Below, in pieces: positions 6,900 to 17,120 of a stretch of DNA of 64,000 bases (position 1 is its first letter; every line of letters begins with the position of its first letter). This DNA comes from Candidatus Lloydbacteria bacterium (GTDB lineage: Bacteria > Patescibacteriota > Minisyncoccia > Phycocordibacterales > 21-14-all-47-15). The position numbers were made by a program, and so were the translations under genes. The DNA lies in NCBI GenBank assembly GCA_016214545.1, contig JACROH010000001.1, forward strand, positions 116,239 to 180,238. Reading direction: 5' to 3'. The notes beneath the pieces were generated by a model. The model searched no databases. It was not told the DNA's origin and saw only the letters and a list, made by a program, of their open reading frames with translations.

Positions 6900-9320
6900 A
6901 TGGTTATCTCACACAATTGGCTACAATCATTTTTTAAGGAAAAACTGCCGGTGCCGGAAAAAGTGGCGGAGCTTTTGACGATGCGCTCTTTTGAGGTGGA
7001 GTCGTTTGAAAAAAGGGGAGACGATACTATTTTTGAAATTGATATTTTGCCCAATCGCGCGCATGACTGCCTCTCGCATCGCGGTGTGGCGCGTGAACTT
7101 GCGGCTTTGCTTAGTTTGAAATTGGAGGATGGAGGAAAAAAATCCTCGTTTGAACTTGTGAAAGTACCCCGCGCGCTCTCGGTTCGCATTGAAGACGAAA
7201 AATTGTGCCGCCGATACGTCGGGCGGACGATTGAGAATGTGAAGGTCGTCCCTTCGCCGGACTGGCTTCGCCTACGGCTGGAATCTATCGGACAAAAATC
7301 AATCAACAACGTAGTAGACGCGACCAATTACGTGATGTTTCATCTGGGCCAGCCGATGCACGCGTTTGATGCGGATAAGCTTGCCTCTCCGGACATCATC
7401 GTGCGCAAAGCGCGTAATGGGGAGCGTATTACCACGCTTGATAAAAAAGAAGTGACACTTTCTTCCGATACGCTCGTTATTGCCGACACTGAAAGCGTGC
7501 TTGCCATCGCGGGCATCAAAGGAGGCACGAAAGCGGAAGTGGACGAGTCAACAAAAAATCTTATTTTGGAGGCGGCCAATTTTGAGCCCTCAAATATAAG
7601 ACGGACGGCGCAGAAAACGGGCATTCGTACCGATTCTTCAAAGCGGTTTGAACAGGGGATTGCTACAGAGCTTGCGCTTGAGGCGATGGAGCTCGCAACC
7701 GAGCTTGTCGTTCAAATAGCGGGCGGCAAAGAAACGCGTGAGGGCGGCATGATAGACCAATACCCGCGCCCGGGCGCACAATATAAAGTCGGTGTGTCGC
7801 TTGAGGAAATAAACTCGCTCTTGGGGCTCTCGCTTCGCGAAGAAGAAGTTGCGAGCATTCTTCTACGTCTCGGTTTTCAATACGAAATTCTTGACCCGAT
7901 AAAAAAAGTGCTTGAACTTGCACCGACATTTGCGGGCGCGCCATACAAACATGGCGCAAGTGTCGTCTATGATGCGCCGCGTGCGTTTGATTGCTCATCA
8001 TTTACCGCATATCTTTTCGCGCAGGCGGGGGTGGCGATTCCGCGCATGTCTGTTGACCAGTATGTGTTTGGAAAAGAAGTGTCGCTTGAAGAAATTACCG
8101 CGGGCGATTTAATATTCTCAAACACGCATGAGGGGACACAGCATGAAAAAAGCATTGATTTTTTTCCGGGAACACCGGTATCGGAACATATTGACCACGT
8201 CGGGCTTTTTCTTGGAGATGGCATGGTGATTCACGCATCGCGCCATAACGGCTCGGGCGAAGTGCTGAGCGAGAAGCTCAAAGAAAGCAAGGCGTTTACG
8301 CATATTGTCGGTGTGCGCCGTGTGTATGAGGGCAGCAAGCGTTTTGCCGTGACGGCACCCAACGAACGGCTTGATATCCGCATCGCGTATGACCTGATTG
8401 AAGAAATCGGGAGGGTGCACGGCTATGGCGATATTCCGGAAGCTCTGCCGGCCGTCTTGCAAAAAAATGAAATTGAATCGTGTATTTTTTATCAAAACGC
8501 CGTTCGTGAAATTTTGGCGGACGAAGGATTTTCTGAAATCTACACGTATACGTTTGTGGGCAAGCAAGACGGCGTAACACAGCCCGAGCTTGAAAATCCG
8601 CTCGCTGCTGATAAAGCCTTTTTGCGCGGAACGCTTGCGACCGAATTTTTTGAAAAATTTGAAACCAACGCCTACTATGCCGATTTGCTCGGCATTGATA
8701 CGGTGAAGATTTTTGAAATCGGCAGAGTATTCTCCGCCCAAGGCGGAGATGATGAGGCAGAGAAGGAAGTCTTGGGCATTGGAGTGAAACGGGTGAAGAA
8801 AAACAAAAAAGCCATGTCGGCGGAAGATGCGCTCTCGGAGGCGCTTGAAAAACTTTTTCTTGTGCTTGGCCTTAATGAGTCGCTCGTGCCGGCAGAAGCA
8901 ATTCAAATAAATAAAGAGAAGATGAGCGCATTTATAGAACTGCCGCTTGAAAAACTTTTTGCAAATGTTGATAGAAACATAATCCAAAAACTTTTTGATG
9001 AACGCCGGATGTTTGCTCCGTCGCCCGATGTTTCCTACCGACCGCTTTCAAAATATCCTTTTATCGCGCGTGATATTGCGGTGTTTGTGCCGGAATCAGT
9101 TGATGCGGGGGCGATTGCTTCGCTCATCAAAAATACGGCAGGAGAAAATCTTGTCCGGTATTGGCTTTTTGACACGTTTGAAAAAGACGGGAAAAAATCG
9201 TTCGCATTCCGATTGATATTCCAATCATACGAAAAAACGCTTTCAGACGAAGAAGTAAATGCGGTCATGTCCCGAGTGTCTAAAGCTTTTGAAGCAAACG
9301 ACGGGTGGAAAGTCAGATAA
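6900..9320 (+). CDS. pheT: phenylalanine--tRNA ligase beta subunit with inserted NlpC/P60 domain
   Basis: PNRAHDCLSHRGVARE, INNVVDATNYV..GQPMHAFD, RLDI..DLIEEIGRVHGY, FDX-ACB C-terminus; internal PY..G..FDCSSF..DHVG..IHAS domain. Confidence 0.95.
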   Translation: MVISHNWLQSFFKEKLPVPEKVAELLTMRSFEVESFEKRGDDTIFEIDILPNRAHDCLSHRGVARELAALLSLKLEDGGKKSSFELVKVPRALSVRIEDEKLCRRYVGRTIENVKVVPSPDWLRLRLESIGQKSINNVVDATNYVMFHLGQPMHAFDADKLASPDIIVRKARNGERITTLDKKEVTLSSDTLVIADTESVLAIAGIKGGTKAEVDESTKNLILEAANFEPSNIRRTAQKTGIRTDSSKRFEQGIATELALEAMELATELVVQIAGGKETREGGMIDQYPRPGAQYKVGVSLEEINSLLGLSLREEEVASILLRLGFQYEILDPIKKVLELAPTFAGAPYKHGASVVYDAPRAFDCSSFTAYLFAQAGVAIPRMSVDQYVFGKEVSLEEITAGDLIFSNTHEGTQHEKSIDFFPGTPVSEHIDHVGLFLGDGMVIHASRHNGSGEVLSEKLKESKAFTHIVGVRRVYEGSKRFAVTAPNERLDIRIAYDLIEEIGRVHGYGDIPEALPAVLQKNEIESCIFYQNAVREILADEGFSEIYTYTFVGKQDGVTQPELENPLAADKAFLRGTLATEFFEKFETNAYYADLLGIDTVKIFEIGRVFSAQGGDDEAEKEVLGIGVKRVKKNKKAMSAEDALSEALEKLFLVLGLNESLVPAEAIQINKEKMSAFIELPLEKLFANVDRNIIQKLFDERRMFAPSPDVSYRPLSKYPFIARDIAVFVPESVDAGAIASLIKNTAGENLVRYWLFDTFEKDGKKSFAFRLIFQSYEKTLSDEEVNAVMSRVSKAFEANDGWKVR

Positions 9321-9323
9321 TTC

Positions 9324-9875
9324 ATGCTAGAGAAAGATTTTGTTTTAAAAGTTCCATACTATTCGCAGCATCGTGATGTGAAAGACCCGACATGGCGGCA
9401 CCGTGCGTGTGGCATAGCCTGTTTTAAAATGGCGCTTGCGTATGCGGGGAAAGAAACGCCCCCACTTGATGAGATGATTCACGCGCATCGTGCGGCGGCG
9501 TACCAGGAAGGAGTGGGTTGGAAACACATGCCGCTCGTAGATATTGCGGTTACAGAATACGGCCTCAAAGATTCTTATCGAAAGGAGTATCGGGAGGTGC
9601 CGTTCGCAGAAGCTTTTTTGGGGCTTGTGTCGTCGCTAAAAAACAATTGCCCGCCGATTGTTTCCATCTTCCAAGACGAATCGCGCAAGGGCTCTCATTT
9701 GATTGTATTGACCGGATTCCGCGTTTCTCAAGACGGAGGATTTGAGGGTGTGCGCTATCACGACCCCGACTCTCTCATTGAAGAAGAGAAGAAAACGGAT
9801 CTCTCCATGGATATACCCGCGTTTGAAAAAAGATGGCGGAAGCTTGCGATTTTTATCGGTGCACAAAAGGCATAG
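9324..9875 (+). CDS. C39-like cysteine peptidase
   Basis: VPYYSQ...ACGIACFKMAL...HLIVLTG...YHDP motifs. Confidence 0.8.
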   Translation: MLEKDFVLKVPYYSQHRDVKDPTWRHRACGIACFKMALAYAGKETPPLDEMIHAHRAAAYQEGVGWKHMPLVDIAVTEYGLKDSYRKEYREVPFAEAFLGLVSSLKNNCPPIVSIFQDESRKGSHLIVLTGFRVSQDGGFEGVRYHDPDSLIEEEKKTDLSMDIPAFEKRWRKLAIFIGAQKA

Positions 9876-9925
9876 ATATTAAAAAGAACAAAAGAAAAAC
9901 CGCGAGCAAGAAAAGCTCGCGGATT

Positions 9926-10324
9926 TTAAAAGATAAACGATAAAAAATAGGGTCCGGTAACGGTTGATAGAAACCAGCACACAAAGAACGCGTACACAAT
10001 CACCACATGGCATCGTTTCCAATACTTTTTCTCACACTGCCTTTCCCGATAGGCGGCAAACCCCGACAAGATAACCAGCACAATACAGGCAATGAATACA
10101 ATAGACGCCCACACATGAACGCGAATGATAAGGGTTGATATCTGCGAATATGTGGCGTGCTCGGCAATGCGGAGCATGTACCATATCGCGAATCCTTCGC
10201 AGGCGAAACCAAAAAGCGAGATGATGCCGTGCCATATTTTTCCTTCTCGCGCGCATTTCCAGGTGATGATGTAGAGGCAAAACGCAAGCCCCACCATTCC
10301 GGATACGATAATCGCTTCGCTCAT
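9926..10324 (-). CDS. hypothetical multi-TM membrane protein
   Basis: Hydrophobic ORF; ATG 10324 preceded by an AAAGGGGG SD and a TTGACA promoter. Confidence 0.6.
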   Translation of the reverse strand: MSEAIIVSGMVGLAFCLYIITWKCAREGKIWHGIISLFGFACEGFAIWYMLRIAEHATYSQISTLIIRVHVWASIVFIACIVLVILSGFAAYRERQCEKKYWKRCHVVIVYAFFVCWFLSTVTGPYFLSFIF

Positions 10325-10458
10325 TCTGCCGAGCCCCCTTTTAATTAAGTGTGTGATATAAAAAAACAAAGAACCCCTTTCTGTATTGTCCGTATGGGGA
10401 AGGGTTTGTCAAATTTGCGCTTCTTGAGTTTGAGGGCGGGGAAGTATATGATTATTAC

Positions 10459-11418
10459 ATGGAAACAATTTCACAAAAACCAAAAACATCGCCGAAAGAT
10501 TTTTTTATAAATCTTGGCGTCGTGGCCGCGCTCTATATGGGCGTGATAAGCGTTTTGAATCTTCTTTTTGATGTTATCAATCGTGTTTTTCCGGACCCGC
10601 TTTCGCCGTATGTCGACCCATACGCAGGCACAATCAAATGGACGATTGCGTCGCTCGTGATTGTCTTTCCGCTCTACCTCTGGCTTTCGCGAATTTTAAA
10701 TACTGATATTGAACGAAACCCAGAAAAACGGGAGCTCTCGGTGCGCAAATGGCTTGTATACTTGACCCTTTTTGTCGCGGGAGTAGCTATCGCGATTGAC
10801 CTCATCGTGCTTATCAACACGTTTTTGGGCGGAGAAATCACGACGCGCTTTCTTTTGAAGGTGTTTACGGTCGCGATTGTGCTCGGTGTCATTTTCAGCT
10901 ACTACCTCTCCGATATCAAAGGAAAATTTATCAACGGCAGTGGGCGAAAATATTTTGCGTGGGGGGCGTTGCTTTTTGTCGTTCTTTCTATTGCAACCGG
11001 TTTTTTTGTAATGGGTTCTCCTCAAACACAGCGCCTCCTTCGTTTTGACGAAACGCGCGTAGGGAATCTCCAAATGATTCAGTCGCAAATCGTAACCTAT
11101 TGGCAGCAAAAAGAAGTGCTCCCAAAGACGCTTGGTGACCTCAAAGATCCGATAAGCGGTTTTGTTATTCCGACTGACCCTGCGACGGGCGTTTCGTATG
11201 AATATGCGGCGACAGGAAAATTGTCGTTTCAGTTGTGCGCGGAATTTAGCCGCGACACGGCAGCAACAGCAGCCTCAAAAGCGGTTCGAGCGCCGGTGTA
11301 TCCGTACGGAGACTATGTCGGGGACGCGAGCAACGAAAATTGGCAGCACGGTGTCGGGCGAGTTTGCTTTGACCGAACCATTGACCCCGAGCGCTACCCG
11401 CCTCTCAAAAAACGCTAA
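10459..11418 (+). CDS. DUF5671-like membrane protein
   Basis: PKDFFINLG..., RKWLVYLTLF, GSPQTQRLLRFD..R, YEY...FQLCAEF; architecture I recognise from CPR genomes. Confidence 0.7.
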   Translation: METISQKPKTSPKDFFINLGVVAALYMGVISVLNLLFDVINRVFPDPLSPYVDPYAGTIKWTIASLVIVFPLYLWLSRILNTDIERNPEKRELSVRKWLVYLTLFVAGVAIAIDLIVLINTFLGGEITTRFLLKVFTVAIVLGVIFSYYLSDIKGKFINGSGRKYFAWGALLFVVLSIATGFFVMGSPQTQRLLRFDETRVGNLQMIQSQIVTYWQQKEVLPKTLGDLKDPISGFVIPTDPATGVSYEYAATGKLSFQLCAEFSRDTAATAASKAVRAPVYPYGDYVGDASNENWQHGVGRVCFDRTIDPERYPPLKKR

Positions 11419-11519
11419 CGACTCTATTAGTTAGTAGTAGGCGTCTGGGCATAACCAAGAAACACCACTCCGCGGTTTGTCGGGGCGGTGTTTTCTGTTA
11501 GAATGAAAATCATCTGCGT

Positions 11520-13928
11520 ATGGAACAATACGACCACAAAAAAATAGAGAAGAAGTGGCAGAAGAAATGGACGGAGGAGGGGATATACAAGACGAGCGAC
11601 GAATCGGACAAGCCGAAAGAGTATGTGCTTGATATGTTTCCGTATCCGTCGGGCGAGGGGCTTCACGTGGGGCATCCGAAAGGATACATTGCCACCGATA
11701 TTTATTCGCGTTACAAAAAAATGCGCGGGTTCAACGTGCTTCATCCGATGGGGTGGGACGCGTTTGGCTTGCCCGCCGAAAACTACGCCTTGAAAAATAA
11801 AGTGCACCCGCGGCAGGCGGTAGAGAAAAATATTGCCCGCTACAAAGAACAGCTTTCAATCATCGGTTTTAATTACGATTGGGATAGGGAAATAAACACG
11901 ACCGACCCCGAATACTACCGATGGACACAGTGGATTTTTTTGCAGTTATTTAAAGTGGGTCTTGCCTACGAATCAAACGAGCCGATTAACTGGTGTCCGT
12001 CGTGCAAGACCGGACTTGCGAATGAAGATTTGGACAATGGGGCGTGCGAGCGGTGCGGGAGCGCGGTGGAAAAGAAACGCATCAGGCAGTGGGTGCTTCG
12101 CATTACCGATTACGCCGAGCGGCTTTTGAACGATTTGGACGAATTGAAAGAATGGCCGGAGCATATCAAAGAATTGCAGAGAAATTGGATTGGAAAGAGC
12201 GAGGGGGCGGAAATTGATTTTGGCATTGCGGGGCGCGATGAAAAAATCAAGATTTTTACCACGCGGCCCGACACGCTTTTTGGCGCGACGTATATGGTGC
12301 TTGCGCCGGAGCATCCTTTGGTTCTAAATAATGAATTAGGAATTTCAAATTATGAGGAAGTAAAAAAATATATTGAAGAGGCGGGCAAGAAAACTGAAAT
12401 TGAGCGAACGGCCGAAGGCAAGGAAAAAACAGGGGTTGAATTGAAGGGTGTCAAAGCAATCAATCCCGCCAACAAAGAAGAAATTCCTATTTTTATTGCC
12501 GACTATGTGCTTGCCGATTATGGCACGGGAGCGATTATGGCAGTGCCGGCACACGACGAGCGCGATTTTGCGTTTGCGAAAAAATATAAATTACCAATTC
12601 GTATGGTGATTTGCCCGCATTATCCCGCGCCGACATGCCCGGTGCTCGATGAGGCGTATATCGGGAACGGACATCTTGTGGAATCCGGTCAATTCAATGG
12701 TCTCCCCAACGAAGACGCCAAGAAAAAAATTACCGAATTTGTCGGAGGAAAAATGAAGACGACGTACAAACTCCGCGATTGGGTATTTTCACGCCAGCGA
12801 TATTGGGGTGAGCCGATACCGCTTATTCATTGCGAGAAATGCGGCGTGGTGCCCGTGCCCGAAAAAGATTTACCGGTGACATTGCCCGAGGTGGAGCATT
12901 ACGAGCCGACCGGCACGGGGGAATCACCGCTTGCGAATATTTCGGAATGGGTGAATGTCCTCTGCCCCACATGCGGCGGGAAAGGGAAGCGCGAGACGAA
13001 TACGATGCCGCAGTGGGCGGGCTCGTCGTGGTATTACCTCCGCTACATTGACCCGAAAAATCAAGATGCTTTTGTTGATACAAAAAAAGAAAAATATTGG
13101 TCGCCCGTTGATATGTATGTCGGCGGCGCGGAACACGCCACACGGCATCTCATCTATGCGCGATTTTGGCACAAGTTTTTATACGACCAAGGGTTTGTGT
13201 CGCAAAGCGAGCCGTTTATGCGCTTGAAAAGTCCCGGGCTTATCGCAGGCGCCGATGGCAGAAAGATGAGCAAGCGTTTCGGTAACGTGATAAACCCCGA
13301 TGACGTGGTCGCTACCTATGGCGCTGATACTCTTCGTTTGCATGAGATGTTTATGGGCCCGTTTGAGCAAGGCGCGGCATGGAGCGAGGAAAGTATCATC
13401 GGCCCGCGGCGGTTTGTGGAAAAAGTATGGCGGCAAGCCGCGCGGATAGGCGGCACAACGGACGCGTCTCTTTTGTCAAAGCTCCACCAGGCAATCAAAA
13501 AGGTGGGCGAGGGAATTGAACTTTTCCGATTTAATACGGCTATCAGTACCATGATGATTTTTATGAACGAGGCGGAAAAATCGGGAACGATAGGGCAGGG
13601 GGAGTATGAATTATTTTTGAAAATAGTAAGCCCCTTCGCGCCCCACGCCGCCGAAGAATTGTGGCGCGAGGTGCTTGGCCATAAAAAATCTATTCACCTT
13701 GAGCCGTGGCCAGTATACGATGAGTCAAAAATAGTGTCCGAAGGGTTTACTATCACGGTGCAGGTGAACGGCAAAGTGCGCGATACATTCATGATTGAAA
13801 CCGAGCTCTCGGAAGATGAAGTGAAAGACCAGGCCCTCGCGCTTGAAAAAATCAAGAGGTGGATTGATGGGCAAGCAATCAAAAAAATCATTTACGTGAA
13901 GAACAAAATCGTGAATATTGTAGTCTAA
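11520..13928 (+). CDS. leuS: leucine--tRNA ligase
   Basis: MFPYPSGEGLHVGH, GWDAFGLPAEN, FTTRPDT, KMSK. Confidence 0.98.
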   Translation: MEQYDHKKIEKKWQKKWTEEGIYKTSDESDKPKEYVLDMFPYPSGEGLHVGHPKGYIATDIYSRYKKMRGFNVLHPMGWDAFGLPAENYALKNKVHPRQAVEKNIARYKEQLSIIGFNYDWDREINTTDPEYYRWTQWIFLQLFKVGLAYESNEPINWCPSCKTGLANEDLDNGACERCGSAVEKKRIRQWVLRITDYAERLLNDLDELKEWPEHIKELQRNWIGKSEGAEIDFGIAGRDEKIKIFTTRPDTLFGATYMVLAPEHPLVLNNELGISNYEEVKKYIEEAGKKTEIERTAEGKEKTGVELKGVKAINPANKEEIPIFIADYVLADYGTGAIMAVPAHDERDFAFAKKYKLPIRMVICPHYPAPTCPVLDEAYIGNGHLVESGQFNGLPNEDAKKKITEFVGGKMKTTYKLRDWVFSRQRYWGEPIPLIHCEKCGVVPVPEKDLPVTLPEVEHYEPTGTGESPLANISEWVNVLCPTCGGKGKRETNTMPQWAGSSWYYLRYIDPKNQDAFVDTKKEKYWSPVDMYVGGAEHATRHLIYARFWHKFLYDQGFVSQSEPFMRLKSPGLIAGADGRKMSKRFGNVINPDDVVATYGADTLRLHEMFMGPFEQGAAWSEESIIGPRRFVEKVWRQAARIGGTTDASLLSKLHQAIKKVGEGIELFRFNTAISTMMIFMNEAEKSGTIGQGEYELFLKIVSPFAPHAAEELWREVLGHKKSIHLEPWPVYDESKIVSEGFTITVQVNGKVRDTFMIETELSEDEVKDQALALEKIKRWIDGQAIKKIIYVKNKIVNIVV

Positions 13929-14034
13929 AGACCGGGGGTGTTTTGGTTGATTTGACATTTTTTGGCAGGTTATTTAGGATACGGGCATCAAGCCATAGTT
14001 TATCGTTGCAAGCGTAGGATTTTTTAGCATATAT

Positions 14035-14634
14035 ATGACAGGAAACAACCCCTATCAAAAAACAATATCCGGAGGAGCGGCAGAACGCGATGGTGCGTTC
14101 CCCGTTTCAGCGAAACGAGGCGGCTGTGCCAAGCACCTTGTTGTTTTTTTGCTCGGATTTGCGCTTGGTTTTGGAAGTCTTTGGCTGTGGAATAAAAATA
14201 ACGCTGTCTCTTTGAACAAAAACTCCAATGAGACAAAAGGAATTTTGTTTCCGGCAAAGGAAGCAAAAGAAAATGTCGACGGAGCCGCAAACGAAAAAGA
14301 CCGTAATCGCATCGTTGTTGTTTCTCAGGAAGCGGGCAGTCTGGTTGTCATTACGGAAGTGCAGGCGGAAGCGCCGACATGGGTGGCGATACACGAAGAC
14401 GTTGACGGAAAGCCGGCGAATATTCTCGGAGCGCAGTTATTTGATGCCGGAGTTCATTCGGGCACCGTCGCCCTCTTGCGCAACACCGAACCGGGCCGCA
14501 CCTACCATGCTCTTCTCTACAAAGACAACGGAGACCGTGTATTTGACTATGTTGTTGATTTGCCGGTTGAAAGCGCTTCAGAAATGGTCGTTTCCGCATC
14601 ATTCGCCACTACGCCTCCATCGATACCGTTATAA
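14035..14634 (+). CDS. hypothetical membrane-anchored protein
   Basis: N-terminal TM; WVAIHED..GKPANILGA..LYKDNGD beta-rich domain; terminator follows. Confidence 0.6.
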   Translation: MTGNNPYQKTISGGAAERDGAFPVSAKRGGCAKHLVVFLLGFALGFGSLWLWNKNNAVSLNKNSNETKGILFPAKEAKENVDGAANEKDRNRIVVVSQEAGSLVVITEVQAEAPTWVAIHEDVDGKPANILGAQLFDAGVHSGTVALLRNTEPGRTYHALLYKDNGDRVFDYVVDLPVESASEMVVSASFATTPPSIPL

Positions 14635-14741
14635 AAAACCCGCCCCTTGCACGAGGGCGGGCTTCTTTTTGAGATGAATTGCGGGAGATGTTGACAAATA
14701 AAACTAAAACCTATATAGTTTAAATAATAAATAATACAAGT

Positions 14742-15773
14742 ATGTCAATCATTATTTTTAAGCCGAAGCAAGTTACGAAGAAATTTTTGGCCGTGCTGCC
14801 GGAGCGTATTCGCGTTGTGGTTTCAGAACGGTTTGGATTAGGCCCCGACGGGACAAGAAAAACACTTGAGTCTATTGGTCAAAAATATGGCGTTACCCGA
14901 GAGCGTATCCGCCAAATTGAAGACTTCGGGCTTAAAAGCATACAAAAATCAGACGTATACAAAGACGAACAGGCGGTTTTTGATAATCTGAGAGAGGCGC
15001 TTGTTGAATACGGCGGAGGAGTGGCGCCGGAGAATCATTTTTTCAATCATGTGTCCAAAGACGAATCGACCCAAAATCATTTGCACCTCCTTTTAGTGTT
15101 GGGCGAGCCGTTTGAAAAAAAGAAGGAAGATGAAAAATTTGTACACCGATGGATTGTGGAAGAATCAATGGCAAAAACAGTGCACGATGCGCTTGAGCGG
15201 CTGGTTTCCGGTTTGAAAGAAGATGAGTTAATCACCGAAGATGATTTGCTCGAACGTTTCTACGGACACTTGAGCGGGGTGCCGTCAGAGTATCGCAATG
15301 AGACGATTGCCCGCCGATGGCTCTCTCTTTCAAAAATGATTGGTACGAATCCGCTTGGCGAATGGGGGATCGCCTCGTCTCCAAATGTGAATGCCCGCGG
15401 AATGCGCGACTATGCATTTTTGGTTATTCGCCGGCACGGTTCTCCCATGCACTTCACTGAAGTGGCAAAAGAAATCACCAAACTTTTCGGCAAAAAAGCG
15501 CACACCGCGACCTGTCACAATGAATTGATCAAAGACGGACGGTTTGTGCTTGTCGGACGGGGACTTTACGCTCTTACCGAATGGGGGTACGCACGCGGCA
15601 TCGTGCGCGATGTCATCAGCGATGTGTTAAAAGAACACGGCGCACTTTCAAAAGAAGAAATTATCGACAAAGTAATGCAAGAACGGTACGTCAAGCCGAA
15701 CACGATTATTGTGAATCTCCAAAACGGAAATTACTTCAAAAAAACCGATGAGGGCGATTACACCTTAGCGTAA
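14742..15773 (+). CDS. sigma-70 region 4 domain fused to RNAP-delta/HARE-HTH-like domains
   Basis: RFGL..TLESIGQKYGVTRERIRQIE (sigma4); HNELIKDGRFVLVGRGLYALTEWG; TTGACA-17-TATAGT promoter at about 14691. Confidence 0.75.
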   Translation: MSIIIFKPKQVTKKFLAVLPERIRVVVSERFGLGPDGTRKTLESIGQKYGVTRERIRQIEDFGLKSIQKSDVYKDEQAVFDNLREALVEYGGGVAPENHFFNHVSKDESTQNHLHLLLVLGEPFEKKKEDEKFVHRWIVEESMAKTVHDALERLVSGLKEDELITEDDLLERFYGHLSGVPSEYRNETIARRWLSLSKMIGTNPLGEWGIASSPNVNARGMRDYAFLVIRRHGSPMHFTEVAKEITKLFGKKAHTATCHNELIKDGRFVLVGRGLYALTEWGYARGIVRDVISDVLKEHGALSKEEIIDKVMQERYVKPNTIIVNLQNGNYFKKTDEGDYTLA

Positions 15774-15886
15774 GCTGCATCATCCTTTAGCAAATAAAAA
15801 CCCCCGCTTTTCTTTAAAAAAGGACACAAAAGCGGGGTTTTTTAATTTGCTACATTTTCGGCCGTCAATCTGCTATACTTTTATTA

Positions 15887-17116
15887 ATGGATGCGTTTAT
15901 TCAAGAAACTCTTGCGAGAATCGTTGTCTCGTCTTTTCAAACAGCTCCGTATTGGCTTACGATAGTCCTCGGATTTGCTTTTTGGCAGATGTGGCTTTCG
16001 TATATTCACACGCGAAATATTGCCAACCTGCAGTGGACGATGCTTGAAATAAAGATACCGCGGGAGATTTCAAAATCTCCGCTCGCGATGGAGCTTGTGC
16101 TCAATGCACTGTATCAAAAAGGCTCAATTTCAAACCTCCTTCAAAAATATGTGCAGGGAAATCTGCGCCCGTGGTTTTCGCTTGAGCTCGTTTCTCTTGA
16201 GGGGAAAGTACATTTTTTTATCTATACTCAAAAATTTTTCAGCAAATTAATCGAAACACAAATTTATGCGCAATATCCGACCGTAGAAGTAACGAGCGCC
16301 GAAGACTATACGACAAAGATACCCTACGGGCATCCGGGCTCCGATTGGCAGATGTGGGGAGGGGAATTTACGCTCACCAAACCGGATCCGTATCCGATTA
16401 AAACGTATGTGGATTACGGACTGCACAAAGACCCGAAAGAAGAATTTAAAATCGACCCTATTACGCCGATACTTGAATATTTGGGTTCCATAGGCAAAGG
16501 AGAACAAATTTGGATTCAAATTATGGTGCGTCAGGCCGAAGAGCGTTTCAAGAAGCCGGGGACATGGTTTGAAAAGCGGGGGTGGAAAGATGAGGCAAAA
16601 GATTTGACCGCAAAATTATTGAAAGAAGCTGCAGAACGGACAAAGAAATTGACCGGCGCCGATAAACCGGGACCGATTATTCAGACAAAGGCCGACGAAG
16701 AGGTGATTTCCGCCATTGAGCGAAGCACGTCAAAATTCGGATTCGATTGCGGTATTCGGGGCGTGTATCTTGCGCGCGAAGGGGTATTCAATTCAGTGAA
16801 TGTGCCCGGCCTCGTTGGTTCGTTGCGTCAGTTTAACTCCGAGCACTTGAACGGTTTCAAGCCGGCGAGAACGACGAGCCTTGATTATCCGTGGCAAGAT
16901 ATAAAAAATTTAAGACTTGGCCGCATGAAAGCGCGCATGTTTGATGCGTATCGCCGGCGCAGTTATTTTTATCCTCCGTATGATCGGAAGCCGTTTATTC
17001 TTAATTCGGAAGAGCTCGCAACCATGTATCATTTCCCGGGCAAGGTTGCCGAGACGCCTTCTTTCACGCGCATCGAATCGCGCCGAGCCGAGCCGCCGCA
17101 AGACCTTCCTATATAG
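15887..17116 (+). CDS. conserved CPR-type hypothetical membrane protein
   Basis: LEIKIPR, FSLELVS, IYAQYP, YPIKTY, ILNSEELATMYHFP motifs. Confidence 0.65.
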   Translation: MDAFIQETLARIVVSSFQTAPYWLTIVLGFAFWQMWLSYIHTRNIANLQWTMLEIKIPREISKSPLAMELVLNALYQKGSISNLLQKYVQGNLRPWFSLELVSLEGKVHFFIYTQKFFSKLIETQIYAQYPTVEVTSAEDYTTKIPYGHPGSDWQMWGGEFTLTKPDPYPIKTYVDYGLHKDPKEEFKIDPITPILEYLGSIGKGEQIWIQIMVRQAEERFKKPGTWFEKRGWKDEAKDLTAKLLKEAAERTKKLTGADKPGPIIQTKADEEVISAIERSTSKFGFDCGIRGVYLAREGVFNSVNVPGLVGSLRQFNSEHLNGFKPARTTSLDYPWQDIKNLRLGRMKARMFDAYRRRSYFYPPYDRKPFILNSEELATMYHFPGKVAETPSFTRIESRRAEPPQDLPI

Positions 17117-17120
17117 CCAT

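Noticed and set aside
6010-9216. Long antisense ORFs (e.g. 6010-6798, 8118-8987) and similar shadows across the window
   Set aside because: They lie opposite well-supported genes and show no recognisable motifs.
11419-11519. T-box or riboswitch upstream of leuS or other synthetases
   Set aside because: The leaders are too short and no T-box consensus (AAnnnGGTGGnACC) was seen; only a terminator-like hairpin is present.
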